Virus record (IMG/VR): IMGVR_UViG_3300045988_079665
DNA: 64,000 nucleotides
Source: a virus
Direction: 5' to 3' (one strand)
Shown: piece after piece, positions 1 to 7,313 of the stretch
Layout: each line of letters starts with the position of its first letter
Numbering within the stretch: position 1 is the first letter of the stretch
The notes under the pieces: generated by a model
Databases searched by the model: none
Seen by the model: only the letters and a program-made list of their open reading frames with translations
Told to the model about the DNA's origin: nothing
Translations under genes and position numbers: made by a program

Positions 1-27
1 TATAGCACCATAGCGGCGATTTGTCAA
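1..27 (-). promoter_or_regulatory. sigma-A-type promoter, -10 cut by window edge
   Basis: rc: AAAAATAATAC-TTGACA(22-27)-17 nt-TATA|edge; 21 nt identical to promoter at 2589-2617. Confidence 0.5.
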
Positions 28-428
28 GTATTATTTTTAACTTTCTTAATCATCTCATCATATTTCCCACCAGATAAAACTCGTTCACACTCTTCAATGT
101 TCTGTGTAAAATAGTAAATCGCTGGAATGTTATAGGCTTTACTTTCCCATTTGCGGAGCGATACGCCCTTTTCAACACAATACCAATCAATAGAAATAAT
201 GTTCTGAAATGGATAAGCAGTTTCGCCTACCATAATATATCCCTCATGTTTTATATCGATCATAATCCATTCAGGAATACTACATCTGATTGTATTTGGG
301 TCAATGTAAAATTTATGCCTAAATGAATGCTCATCACCATCTAAGGTCTTAAATGTCGCGCCCCATTTTTCAACAATTACAAAATCAGTTGGCTTGTATT
401 TCTTTTCTCGTTTCTTAAATAATATCAT
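24..428 (-). CDS. hypothetical early protein (134 aa)
   Basis: ORF track; GGTGGTGA RBS; TGA stop lies inside the TTGACA box. Confidence 0.7.
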   Translation of the reverse strand: MILFKKREKKYKPTDFVIVEKWGATFKTLDGDEHSFRHKFYIDPNTIRCSIPEWIMIDIKHEGYIMVGETAYPFQNIISIDWYCVEKGVSLRKWESKAYNIPAIYYFTQNIEECERVLSGGKYDEMIKKVKNNT

Positions 429-455
429 ATATTCACCACCATTCTTTTCCTTTAG

Positions 456-490
456 AAAAATCCCTATAATCTTTCGACCATAGGGATTTT
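456..490 (-). terminator. intrinsic terminator after HU gene
   Basis: AAAATCCCTAT / ATAGGGATTTT stem, 12-nt loop, T-run on minus strand. Confidence 0.7.
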
Positions 491-504
491 AACAGGCGGA
501 TTAT

Positions 505-780
505 TTACTCATTGATTTCCGCCTTCAATGTACTTGTTGGCTTAAATGCCAAAGCATACTTGGCAGGAACTTCAATGGTTTCACCAGTCTGTGGATTACG
601 AGCCGTTCTTGCATCTCTCAGCTTAGTTGTGAACTTGCCAAAGCCATGAATCACAACGTCCTCATGCTGGACTAGACTGCGCTTTACATAATCAATGAAC
701 GTGTCTACGATTTCAGTTGTGTCCTTGACAGTATTTTCTGTGCTATCTGCTACGAACTTAATTAGTTCCTTCTTTGTCAT
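505..780 (-). CDS. hup: HU-family histone-like DNA-binding protein (91 aa)
   Basis: GFGKF...RNPQTGE.IEVPA...AFKP hallmark; aligns along full length with HBsu from memory. Confidence 0.9.
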   Translation of the reverse strand: MTKKELIKFVADSTENTVKDTTEIVDTFIDYVKRSLVQHEDVVIHGFGKFTTKLRDARTARNPQTGETIEVPAKYALAFKPTSTLKAEINE

Positions 781-1319
781 AATTTCCTTTTAATTTCCTT
801 TCGATTTCTAATAAAATTTTATTAAAACAAGTCGCAATGTTCATGCGCATATTGACTTGATATATAGGGTTATTTTGTCGCACTATTAACTACTTACAGG
901 TACTCACTTCACCAAGCCCTATACTATTTGCGCGGAATAGGATTATCACCACACTATAAGCACATTTTCCAGTTTTGCTCTTCGGATGGTACTAGATGAG
1001 ATTCGACCAACAGCCAACCTTAGCAGTGACGCGCGTTATTTACTAAGGATTTTTAGAATTGCCACACTCTCTACAAATTCATGTTAAATTGAATTTACAG
1101 TTGCGCAACCATCTTAAAATCAAGAGTGTGGCGACGTTGCCTCATAGCATCAAGTGGTCAGCTATCAACTATTCAGCAACTAGCATTATAACCTATAAAC
1201 TAGACTATCCGCAGTGACCAAATCTTGAGGACTGTCTTACAAAGCTAGGATTTTCGGCTTTTCCACCAGACGGCTATCAAGTGTGCTTACAATGCTAGTA
1301 GAGGCATGATAGACGTTTT

Positions 1320-1392
1320 TGACCGTGGTAGGATTCGAACCTACATCTCATCCGCTATGAACGGAGAGTATTACCAATTAGGAGACGCGGTC
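1320..1392 (-). tRNA. tRNA-Met/Ile2-like (anticodon CAU), D-stem not base-paired
   Basis: Perfect T-arm GTAGG-TTCGAAT-CCTAC, loop TTCATAG, acceptor GACCGCG/CACGGTC (1 mismatch); A14,G18G19,A21 present but D-stem positions 10-12/23-25 (TCC/TAC) cannot pair (only 13-22 T-A does). Confidence 0.5.
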
Positions 1393-1399
1393 ATATGGA

Positions 1400-1517
1400 A
1401 ATGGGCTTTAAGCGTCAACCCATTAGAAGCATTGGATTCCTATTCAGTTTATTAAGTCGTATGTATCCAACAACCAGTGGACTTTGGTAATGGGCTTTAA
1501 AGATAAACCCATTAGAA
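1400..1517 (-). repeat. two copies of a 29-nt hairpin module (1400-1428, 1489-1517)
   Basis: AATGGGCTTTAAGCGTCAACCCATTAGAA vs AATGGGCTTTAAAGATAAACCCATTAGAA; AATGGG/CCCATT stem. Confidence 0.7.
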
Positions 1518-1831
1518 CTAATCAGCAAGTCTACACTCTAACCTAGTCCTAAGACTGCTAGAACCTCTCCACATTTTTGTATGCCTCGCCTCGACTTACT
1601 GATTGCAACTATAATTAGTATCCCTTAGTTGCCTAGGGGCCAATCCCTGCTTAATCCGTCTGGTTCTCGTTATCGACATGATTGACTGCATATGCCTTTA
1701 TGCTGTTAAGCAATTTAATTTCCTCTCACCAGCTCGATTTGCATTTGATAACGAAGTGCTTATGACCAATTCTCTTCTCCGTATTAGTAGTCTATAAACC
1801 AGCCACTATATATCGTTTCAAGTGGACTTAA

Positions 1832-1910
1832 TGGTGCGGGATAGGAAAGTCAAATCCCTACGCCTTACGGATTTTGAATCCGCTCCCTCTGCCGATTGGG
1901 GTACCGAGCC
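1832..1910 (-). tRNA. tRNA-Leu(CAA)-like element with non-complementary acceptor (pseudo-tRNA or tRNA-like module)
   Basis: 5' two-thirds canonical (GGCTCGG TA CCC-CAATCGGCAGA-GGG A GCGGA-TTCAAAA-TCCGT); T-loop TTTGACT; 3' strand ATCCCGC-ACCA does not pair with 5' strand. Confidence 0.35.
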
Positions 1911-2588
1911 ATATTTATCTTAAGCCGACTTTCTACCTCATAGCTATTTCTAGCATCGGCTCGTGAATGATGTTTACATATGATGTGCTATCACGCCAAA
2001 AAATCCATGTTGCTAAGGCATATCCCAACACACAACATAATGCTTAGCAAGACAAATTTGTGTGCCAGTAGTCGCTAACTACTCTTGGGAACAAGTGAAT
2101 ATCGAACTACCATTTCTGGACGGTGCGACCGATTTATTCTTGTGCAAAGCACTATGTTCATTCACTGTTAGTGACTCGCGATCAGGCTTCCTCTGATTTA
2201 ACTGTCACCATTGCCACGATTTACTCCTTAGACGATGGCTGCCTCTAAGCCAACATTTCATATGTATGTAATATCCTTATATCACCTTTGCCGTTATGTT
2301 TTTGCCCTCATGCTAACGGAACACGCTCAGGCGCGACCCCAATTCTCTATAAGCTATCTGCCGCTTCTCAAACTCTGCACAGACCTGCTTCACAGGCGTG
2401 ATATAGATTTGACGGTTATCTTCAAATCCGGTCGGATATTATAAACGATGGCTGTTCATCTCACTCCATTTACTACTGCTCCTGTGTTCCAAAGATTCTA
2501 TATTGCTATTCATTATCGGCTTTGCCGTCCTGTCTTACCGGGCGCTCATAATCTTTAGCTTCGTAGCACCATCATCTTTACATTCTCA

Positions 2589-2617
2589 ATTATAGCATAC
2601 TTGATTTCATTTGTCAA
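2589..2617 (-). promoter_or_regulatory. consensus sigma-A promoter
   Basis: rc TTGACA-aatgaaatcaagtatgc-TATAAT, 17-nt spacer, TGc extended -10. Confidence 0.75.
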
Positions 2618-2760
2618 GTATTATTTTTGAAATTATTATTTATTTTTTCTAAGATTTCTTCCATTTGCACATTGGCTTTAGTCCAATGATATACGACTAT
2701 CAGCATCCCAACTGCAACACCAACCGCAAATGAACCTAAACAAGCTAACAGAATAATCAT
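2614..2760 (-). CDS. small membrane protein (48 aa), tentative
   Basis: ATG..TGA ORF below track cutoff; hydrophobic N-terminus MIILLACLGSFAVGVAVGMLIVV; weak RBS. Confidence 0.35.
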   Translation of the reverse strand: MIILLACLGSFAVGVAVGMLIVVYHWTKANVQMEEILEKINNNFKNNT

Positions 2761-2822
2761 ACACTAATAATCAATAAATTTTCCCAAACTCTTTACCCTA
2801 CAAACTTACCTTACCTAATTAA

Positions 2823-3062
2823 CTAATCCTGTTTTTCTTCATTATTAGTCAATGATTTCTTTGCTAGACGAGCTGATTTGAGCCGTTCTGCCGCAGCTTG
2901 CTTCTGTTCATCGGTCATCTCTCTTTTTCTAAATGGATTGTTGCCTAGGCGAAACGGATATAAATTGCAATCGTGGATAGTACAATTCTTTACTTCATAA
3001 GCCGAGCCACAGCTACATTCTAAGCAGTGCTGACGGATGACTTTTAGTGGAGATTTTTCCAT
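2823..3062 (-). CDS. Cys-rich small protein (79 aa), putative zinc-binding
   Basis: ORF track; CLECSC...C....C motif; basic C-terminus. Confidence 0.7.
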   Translation of the reverse strand: MEKSPLKVIRQHCLECSCGSAYEVKNCTIHDCNLYPFRLGNNPFRKREMTDEQKQAAAERLKSARLAKKSLTNNEEKQD

Positions 3063-3280
3063 ATTATCACCTCATTGATAATTGGTTCCGTTTATTATTA
3101 TCTAATGCCTTATAAACGGTTTCCTTAAAATTTGGCCCCTACTTTATACACTCATAGGTGAATTGTGGTCAGTTAACGATTGATTTCTGAACGAATTGAT
3201 TTTTGGCTCATACAATCATAACCCGCAATTTCAACTGTTTGTTTAAGTGTTAACTGAAATTGCTTTAACTGCGATCACTT

Positions 3281-3373
3281 TGGTACTGGCGCTCGGACTC
3301 GAACCGAGATTTTGCGGCAATCGACCGCTAAACTGTGTATAGGACAGCTGGCTTACCATTAACCGACACCAGC
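3281..3373 (-). tRNA. 93-nt class-II (long variable arm) tRNA with anticodon loop CCUAUAC (UAU), CCA encoded
   Basis: Acceptor GCTGGTG/CGCCAGT, D-arm GGTT-AATGGTA-AGCC, T-arm CTCGG-TTCGAGT-CCGAG, 23-nt variable region with GCGG/CCGC stem. Confidence 0.6.
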
Positions 3374-3471
3374 ATATTTGAGCCTTTTATCGTCATGCTC
3401 AGGACTATATTTTAGGAGGTTCACAATGAAGAACTGTAATTGAGATTACCCAATCTCTCAACCACATCTGT

Positions 3472-3500
3472 ATTATATCATATGAGTTGCTGTTTGTCAA
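3472..3500 (-). promoter_or_regulatory. consensus sigma-A promoter upstream of tRNA 3281-3373
   Basis: rc TTGACA-aacagcaactcatatga-TATAAT. Confidence 0.75.
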
Positions 3501-3510
3501 GAATTATTTT

Positions 3511-3714
3511 TTATAGTTCTTGAAACATCTTTTCCCATTTTTCCATCCACAACATAACTGGAGTTGTATCGCCTGTTCTATAAGTTTCATATGCGATAGC
3601 ACCACGCACGAATGTCATAATACTAGACTTTGTAACAAGACCGGTTGGGTCTGGCAATTCTGTTTTACCAGTTTCATATTGCTTCATGATAAAATCTGTA
3701 AGTTTCTCATCCAT
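3511..3714 (-). CDS. hypothetical early protein (67 aa from ATG 3714)
   Basis: ORF track 3511..3747; first ATG at 3714. Confidence 0.6.
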   Translation of the reverse strand: MDEKLTDFIMKQYETGKTELPDPTGLVTKSSIMTFVRGAIAYETYRTGDTTPVMLWMEKWEKMFQEL

Positions 3715-3741
3715 TATATCACACCAACTTTCATTTGTCAA
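3713..3741 (-). promoter_or_regulatory. consensus promoter motif overlapping a gene junction
   Basis: rc TTGACA-aatgaaagttggtgtga-TATAAT; -35 holds upstream TGA stop, -10 overlaps ATG 3714. Confidence 0.5.
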
Positions 3742-3893
3742 GAACAAATTTTATTCATTTCAATAAATTTTTCACAAGCCCATCCATTTAGAACTGGTAC
3801 TTCATCACAGTTGTAACCCCACAATCCAGTTTCACGGTCATAGCAATCTACATGACAAAGATAATCACCGATTTTGAAATAGGTATTAAGCAT
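3738..3893 (-). CDS. small Cys-containing protein (51 aa), tentative
   Basis: ATG 3 nt after stop of 3897..4109; MLNTYFKIGDYLCHVDCYDRETGLWGYNCDE...; below track cutoff. Confidence 0.45.
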   Translation of the reverse strand: MLNTYFKIGDYLCHVDCYDRETGLWGYNCDEVPVLNGWACEKFIEMNKICS

Positions 3894-3896
3894 ACG

Positions 3897-4109
3897 TTAA
3901 TCCTCTACATAATATGTTTCACATACATCTTGTACATCATCTCTGTTCGATTTAATATCTAATGTTGCATATGTTGGATTTGCGCCTTCATATACAATTT
4001 TTAGTTTGCAGTCAATCCCAAGATTTTTCATCACAGACTGAATCTTCTGAAATGCCTTACCAAGCAATTCTTCCCTGAGCTGATATTCTTCCAATGTTTT
4101 CGCTACCAT
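3897..4109 (-). CDS. hypothetical early protein (70 aa)
   Basis: ORF track; co-directional tight packing. Confidence 0.7.
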   Translation of the reverse strand: MVAKTLEEYQLREELLGKAFQKIQSVMKNLGIDCKLKIVYEGANPTYATLDIKSNRDDVQDVCETYYVED

Positions 4110-4119
4110 AATTTACTCC

Positions 4120-4461
4120 TTACCAATCAGCATTGATTATAATTTTATTGCCATCAATACGAGCTGATTCTATCAGCCGATAGACGCAATCCATATGCCA
4201 CAAACCTTCAAAATCAGGTCGATTGACAAATTTGCTAAGCTCATCAACTTGTTTGTCGTTAAGTGACATATCTTTACCGTACATAGGTTGTGAATACGGT
4301 TGTCCTTTTACATATGGCTTATAATAACCAATAGATTCGAGAAATTCATACCACCAACTACCGCCACCATCAACTGTATCAACGGCTCGATATGTAACCA
4401 ATTCACCGCAATGTGGACAATAAATTGGCTCTGCACGACTGATTCTAATGTCTAGCCCCAT
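4120..4461 (-). CDS. hypothetical protein with CPHCG zinc-ribbon-like motif (113 aa)
   Basis: ORF track; GGAGATGA RBS; 25-nt leader from promoter 4493-4521. Confidence 0.75.
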   Translation of the reverse strand: MGLDIRISRAEPIYCPHCGELVTYRAVDTVDGGGSWWYEFLESIGYYKPYVKGQPYSQPMYGKDMSLNDKQVDELSKFVNRPDFEGLWHMDCVYRLIESARIDGNKIIINADW

Positions 4462-4492
4462 ATATTATCATCTCCATTCATTTGATAATTGG

Positions 4493-4521
4493 ATTATACC
4501 ATATAAAATTAGATTTGTCAA
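4493..4521 (-). promoter_or_regulatory. consensus sigma-A promoter
   Basis: rc TTGACA-aatctaattttatatgg-TATAAT; -35 contains TGA stop of 4518..4943. Confidence 0.75.
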
Positions 4522-4943
4522 GCATCTTTGATAAATTTATTTTCAATAGCAACCCACTTTTTAATCTGGTCATCTACTCGCACCCATTTGCCATAACAAT
4601 TCAGGTCTGGGTCAAAATACCAGAGTCCATAATAGTTTAGATGCGCCTCGTTGGTAATATTGCTGAATGGATTATCATAACCAATCCAACCAAACAAACC
4701 CGTAACAAACTTTACATCAGAATCATTACCTACTGTAAATACCGCCAAATCGCCTAGTTCATCATGAACAGCCTGCACATTAAATTTGATTTCTGTCCCA
4801 TCTTCTCTATAAAATCCAAGACAACTTCCTTCGCGCTTCTTTACATCTTCATACTGACACACATACTCATGGCAATGCGCCTCATACTCATCATCAAATT
4901 CTGCGCCGCAATATTCACATTTATAAATCGTTGTTTCAATCAT
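4518..4943 (-). CDS. hypothetical protein with C2H2-like motif (141 aa)
   Basis: ORF track; YKCEYCGAEFDDEYEAHCHEYVC. Confidence 0.75.
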   Translation of the reverse strand: MIETTIYKCEYCGAEFDDEYEAHCHEYVCQYEDVKKREGSCLGFYREDGTEIKFNVQAVHDELGDLAVFTVGNDSDVKFVTGLFGWIGYDNPFSNITNEAHLNYYGLWYFDPDLNCYGKWVRVDDQIKKWVAIENKFIKDA

Positions 4944-5515
4944 TTGAACAATTCCTCCATTTCTCTAGTATTGTATTTTCTATTCTTCACATATTCAACT
5001 CGACTTTTGAATTTGCCCCAATCTGCACTACGGATATTATCGTCAATCAATTCACGAATAAAAATCTCATCCTTATATTTGCGCCGTTCGAGCCGTAAAT
5101 CATGTAGCAACTTATATATCTTATATCCATCTCTTGCATTGTATGAATTGAACTCAATAGCATGAAGCACATCTTGAATTTTATTCTCTACTTCTTGCAG
5201 TTTATATTCGACCCATGTCGCCCTTGCTACAAGCTGGTCATGCAGGTCACAGAACGCGCCAATTTGCGCCAATGCTAAATCATAATTGACCAAATTTGAA
5301 TTGTTAAACTGGTCGAAATCGACGGGTTTAGATGGTGCATCAATCTGTTGCACAAAATATCCAAGATTGCGCATTTGCTTTGGTAAATTAACAAGCGCAT
5401 TATCGGCTTTGGTTTTATCATTGAATTGAAATGACTCGCTTAATTCAGTTGTTGGAATCCATTGCCCTATGGCATTATGCATGAGATAGTATTTATTGTT
5501 ATAGAGTACATACAT
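4940..5515 (-). CDS. hypothetical early protein (191 aa)
   Basis: ORF track; 4-nt overlap with downstream gene. Confidence 0.8.
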   Translation of the reverse strand: MYVLYNNKYYLMHNAIGQWIPTTELSESFQFNDKTKADNALVNLPKQMRNLGYFVQQIDAPSKPVDFDQFNNSNLVNYDLALAQIGAFCDLHDQLVARATWVEYKLQEVENKIQDVLHAIEFNSYNARDGYKIYKLLHDLRLERRKYKDEIFIRELIDDNIRSADWGKFKSRVEYVKNRKYNTREMEELFK

Positions 5516-5517
5516 GA

Positions 5518-5748
5518 TTATCGTTTCTTTCTTTTAGATTTACGACGTTCGGCTCGATTTGGAGGAAATGAGACACCATTTGGATATAGATAATCCTTCA
5601 ATGCTAAAGTAAAATCGTAGAAGGATATATCGTATGGTAAATTTAATTTGTCACACCATCTGTTCCACCATTCATCGAATCCTATAGTCCATGTGGCTGT
5701 TTCGTCATCGCCGAACGATTCCAAATATTCAAAAATCCTATCGTTCAT
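5518..5748 (-). CDS. hypothetical early protein (76 aa)
   Basis: ORF track. Confidence 0.7.
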   Translation of the reverse strand: MNDRIFEYLESFGDDETATWTIGFDEWWNRWCDKLNLPYDISFYDFTLALKDYLYPNGVSFPPNRAERRKSKRKKR

Positions 5749-5917
5749 TTAGCACCTCATCCAATCCAACAAAATACGGACACTTCTTCGTATCTTCGCA
5801 AATGTGCTTATCTTCACCAACTTGACATACCCAACTATGAAATTCCATATTCCCTTCTTGACGGCAGTTGCGGCATTCATATGGATAATTAGGCATTTCA
5901 TTTACTATAATTTTCAT
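5738..5917 (-). CDS. Cys-rich small protein (59 aa), tentative
   Basis: ATG..TAG ORF just below track cutoff, overlaps start of 5518..5748; CRNC...C...C...C pattern. Confidence 0.5.
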   Translation of the reverse strand: MKIIVNEMPNYPYECRNCRQEGNMEFHSWVCQVGEDKHICEDTKKCPYFVGLDEVLNER

Positions 5918-5969
5918 CTATATGTCTTTCCTTTAACTTTTATAAAATGTGAAAATCTGCGGTATTTGG

Positions 5970-6167
5970 TTAAGATACCCAATAAGCAATAGAGATTATA
6001 CCAGATATAATAATTGCAATAATTGGTAGCATAATCAATCCAAGCCAATTTCCATTTTCAAGTAACGTCACACCAAAAGCTAGTGTCGCAAACGCAAGAG
6101 TGACTAAAATCATTACAAGAAAAATCCATAATGTTCGCTTCAAAAATCTAATTATGTTATTCTTCAT
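5970..6167 (-). CDS. small membrane protein (65 aa, two hydrophobic helices)
   Basis: ORF track; LWIFLVMILVTLAFATLAFGV and LGLIMLPIIAIIISGIISIAYW. Confidence 0.65.
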   Translation of the reverse strand: MKNNIIRFLKRTLWIFLVMILVTLAFATLAFGVTLLENGNWLGLIMLPIIAIIISGIISIAYWVS

Positions 6168-6481
6168 CTATATTTCTTTCCTTCTTCAATCAGCTTAGAA
6201 ATTTCATCTGTGCATCTCAATACACGTTGTTTCCACATAAATTCACCCACATCTCGTTTTCTAAAAAAGTCGTACTTGCCAATAGAATCAAACAATAACA
6301 CGATGTCCTGTTCGTCAATATCCAGACATATTGATCTATTAAATTCATCAAATTCAATTCCAATTCGATACGTCTTATCAATCATTTCGTTGGTTGGGTA
6401 CATACAATATGTAATTCTTCCAGTTCGATTATGTAACTTGACATAATCTCCAGCATTAAATTGATACTTATTTGTATTCAT
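6164..6481 (-). CDS. hypothetical early protein (105 aa)
   Basis: ORF track; ATGA overlap with next gene. Confidence 0.75.
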   Translation of the reverse strand: MNTNKYQFNAGDYVKLHNRTGRITYCMYPTNEMIDKTYRIGIEFDEFNRSICLDIDEQDIVLLFDSIGKYDFFRKRDVGEFMWKQRVLRCTDEISKLIEEGKKYR

Positions 6482-6524
6482 ATCTTAATCCTTTCCAATA
6501 TACATAACATCATATTCAATATTG

Positions 6525-6914
6525 TCAATTGTGTGATTCAATTCTATATATTCCTTTCTCACATTTAGAATACCAGAATGTCAATTCACCAATTTTCGAG
6601 CCTTCTTTAAGAAATCCAAATCCACCAATCACCCAATTGACATTAACTGCACTAATTACATCCATTACAATTTTGATTTTGTTTGTAAAGCATTCTAGCA
6701 TATCTGGTTCTGGATTACAATCTTCAAGATAATCAGCATATGCCCATATATCAATATTACTATGAGTATGCAAAAAGAAATATTGAGGTGCATTCATTCT
6801 CAACGTAGAATCAACTAAGAATCTACCAATCTCAATGTCATATTCATCATATACATATCCTACGCCAGAAATAGAAATGGGAACACCAGATGAAGCAGAA
6901 ATTTCAACACTCAT
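6525..6914 (-). CDS. hypothetical early protein (129 aa)
   Basis: ORF track. Confidence 0.75.
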   Translation of the reverse strand: MSVEISASSGVPISISGVGYVYDEYDIEIGRFLVDSTLRMNAPQYFFLHTHSNIDIWAYADYLEDCNPEPDMLECFTNKIKIVMDVISAVNVNWVIGGFGFLKEGSKIGELTFWYSKCEKGIYRIESHN

Positions 6915-7156
6915 ATATCAATACCTTCTTTCAAATTTCCCAATAGAATACGCGATATTGTTTCTTTATCTCTATCTGAGCAATCGCCAAATTGCATTAC
7001 GGAACACCATAAAACAGGACGTTTAATTCTCCAGTTATTGCGTTTTGAATATATTACAACAAACTCAATCGGAATACGCTTATCCATTCTAACTTTGAAT
7101 CCATTCCGTTCCACTTCTTTATCATCATGTTTCATATTAAAAATAAATTTGCCCAT
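6911..7156 (-). CDS. hypothetical protein (81 aa); possibly C-terminal part of a TAA-interrupted 126-codon frame
   Basis: ORF track; in frame with 7211..7291 across one TAA. Confidence 0.6.
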   Translation of the reverse strand: MGKFIFNMKHDDKEVERNGFKVRMDKRIPIEFVVIYSKRNNWRIKRPVLWCSVMQFGDCSDRDKETISRILLGNLKEGIDI

Positions 7157-7210
7157 TGGCTCACCTACATATGCAACAGGCTTAATTCCATTACAATAGG
7201 CTTGAATATA

Positions 7211-7291
7211 TTATAATTTTTTATATACCCAATCTTTATGTATCATATAGCCGCCCCAAATATCATAGTCATCAGCAAGAAATTCAATCAT
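7211..7291 (-). CDS. 26-codon micro-ORF with strong RBS
   Basis: AAAGGAGGTG 7 nt before ATG 7291; own promoter 7324-7352. Confidence 0.3.
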   Translation of the reverse strand: MIEFLADDYDIWGGYMIHKDWVYKKL

Positions 7292-7313
7292 AATCCACAC
7301 CTCCTTTTCGATT

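Larger units (their letters stand above)
781..2582 (-). ncRNA. promoter-driven ORF-free structured RNA locus (candidate giant ncRNA(s) punctuated by tRNA-like elements)
   Basis: No ORF >=60 aa on transcribed strand for 1.8 kb; consensus promoter upstream; many 6-11 bp helices; higher GC than flanks. Confidence 0.45.

Noticed and set aside
1400-1517. Possible CRISPR-like repeat array in the ORF-free region
   Set aside because: There are only two copies of a 29-nt hairpin. The spacing and sequence context are not array-like, and there are no cas genes.
6514-6530. TTGACA at 6519-6524 (minus strand) as an additional early promoter
   Set aside because: The best -10 candidates are at 18-20 nt spacing (TGTATA or TATATT) and lack the TGN-TATAAT seen in all the other copies. 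It was left unannotated.
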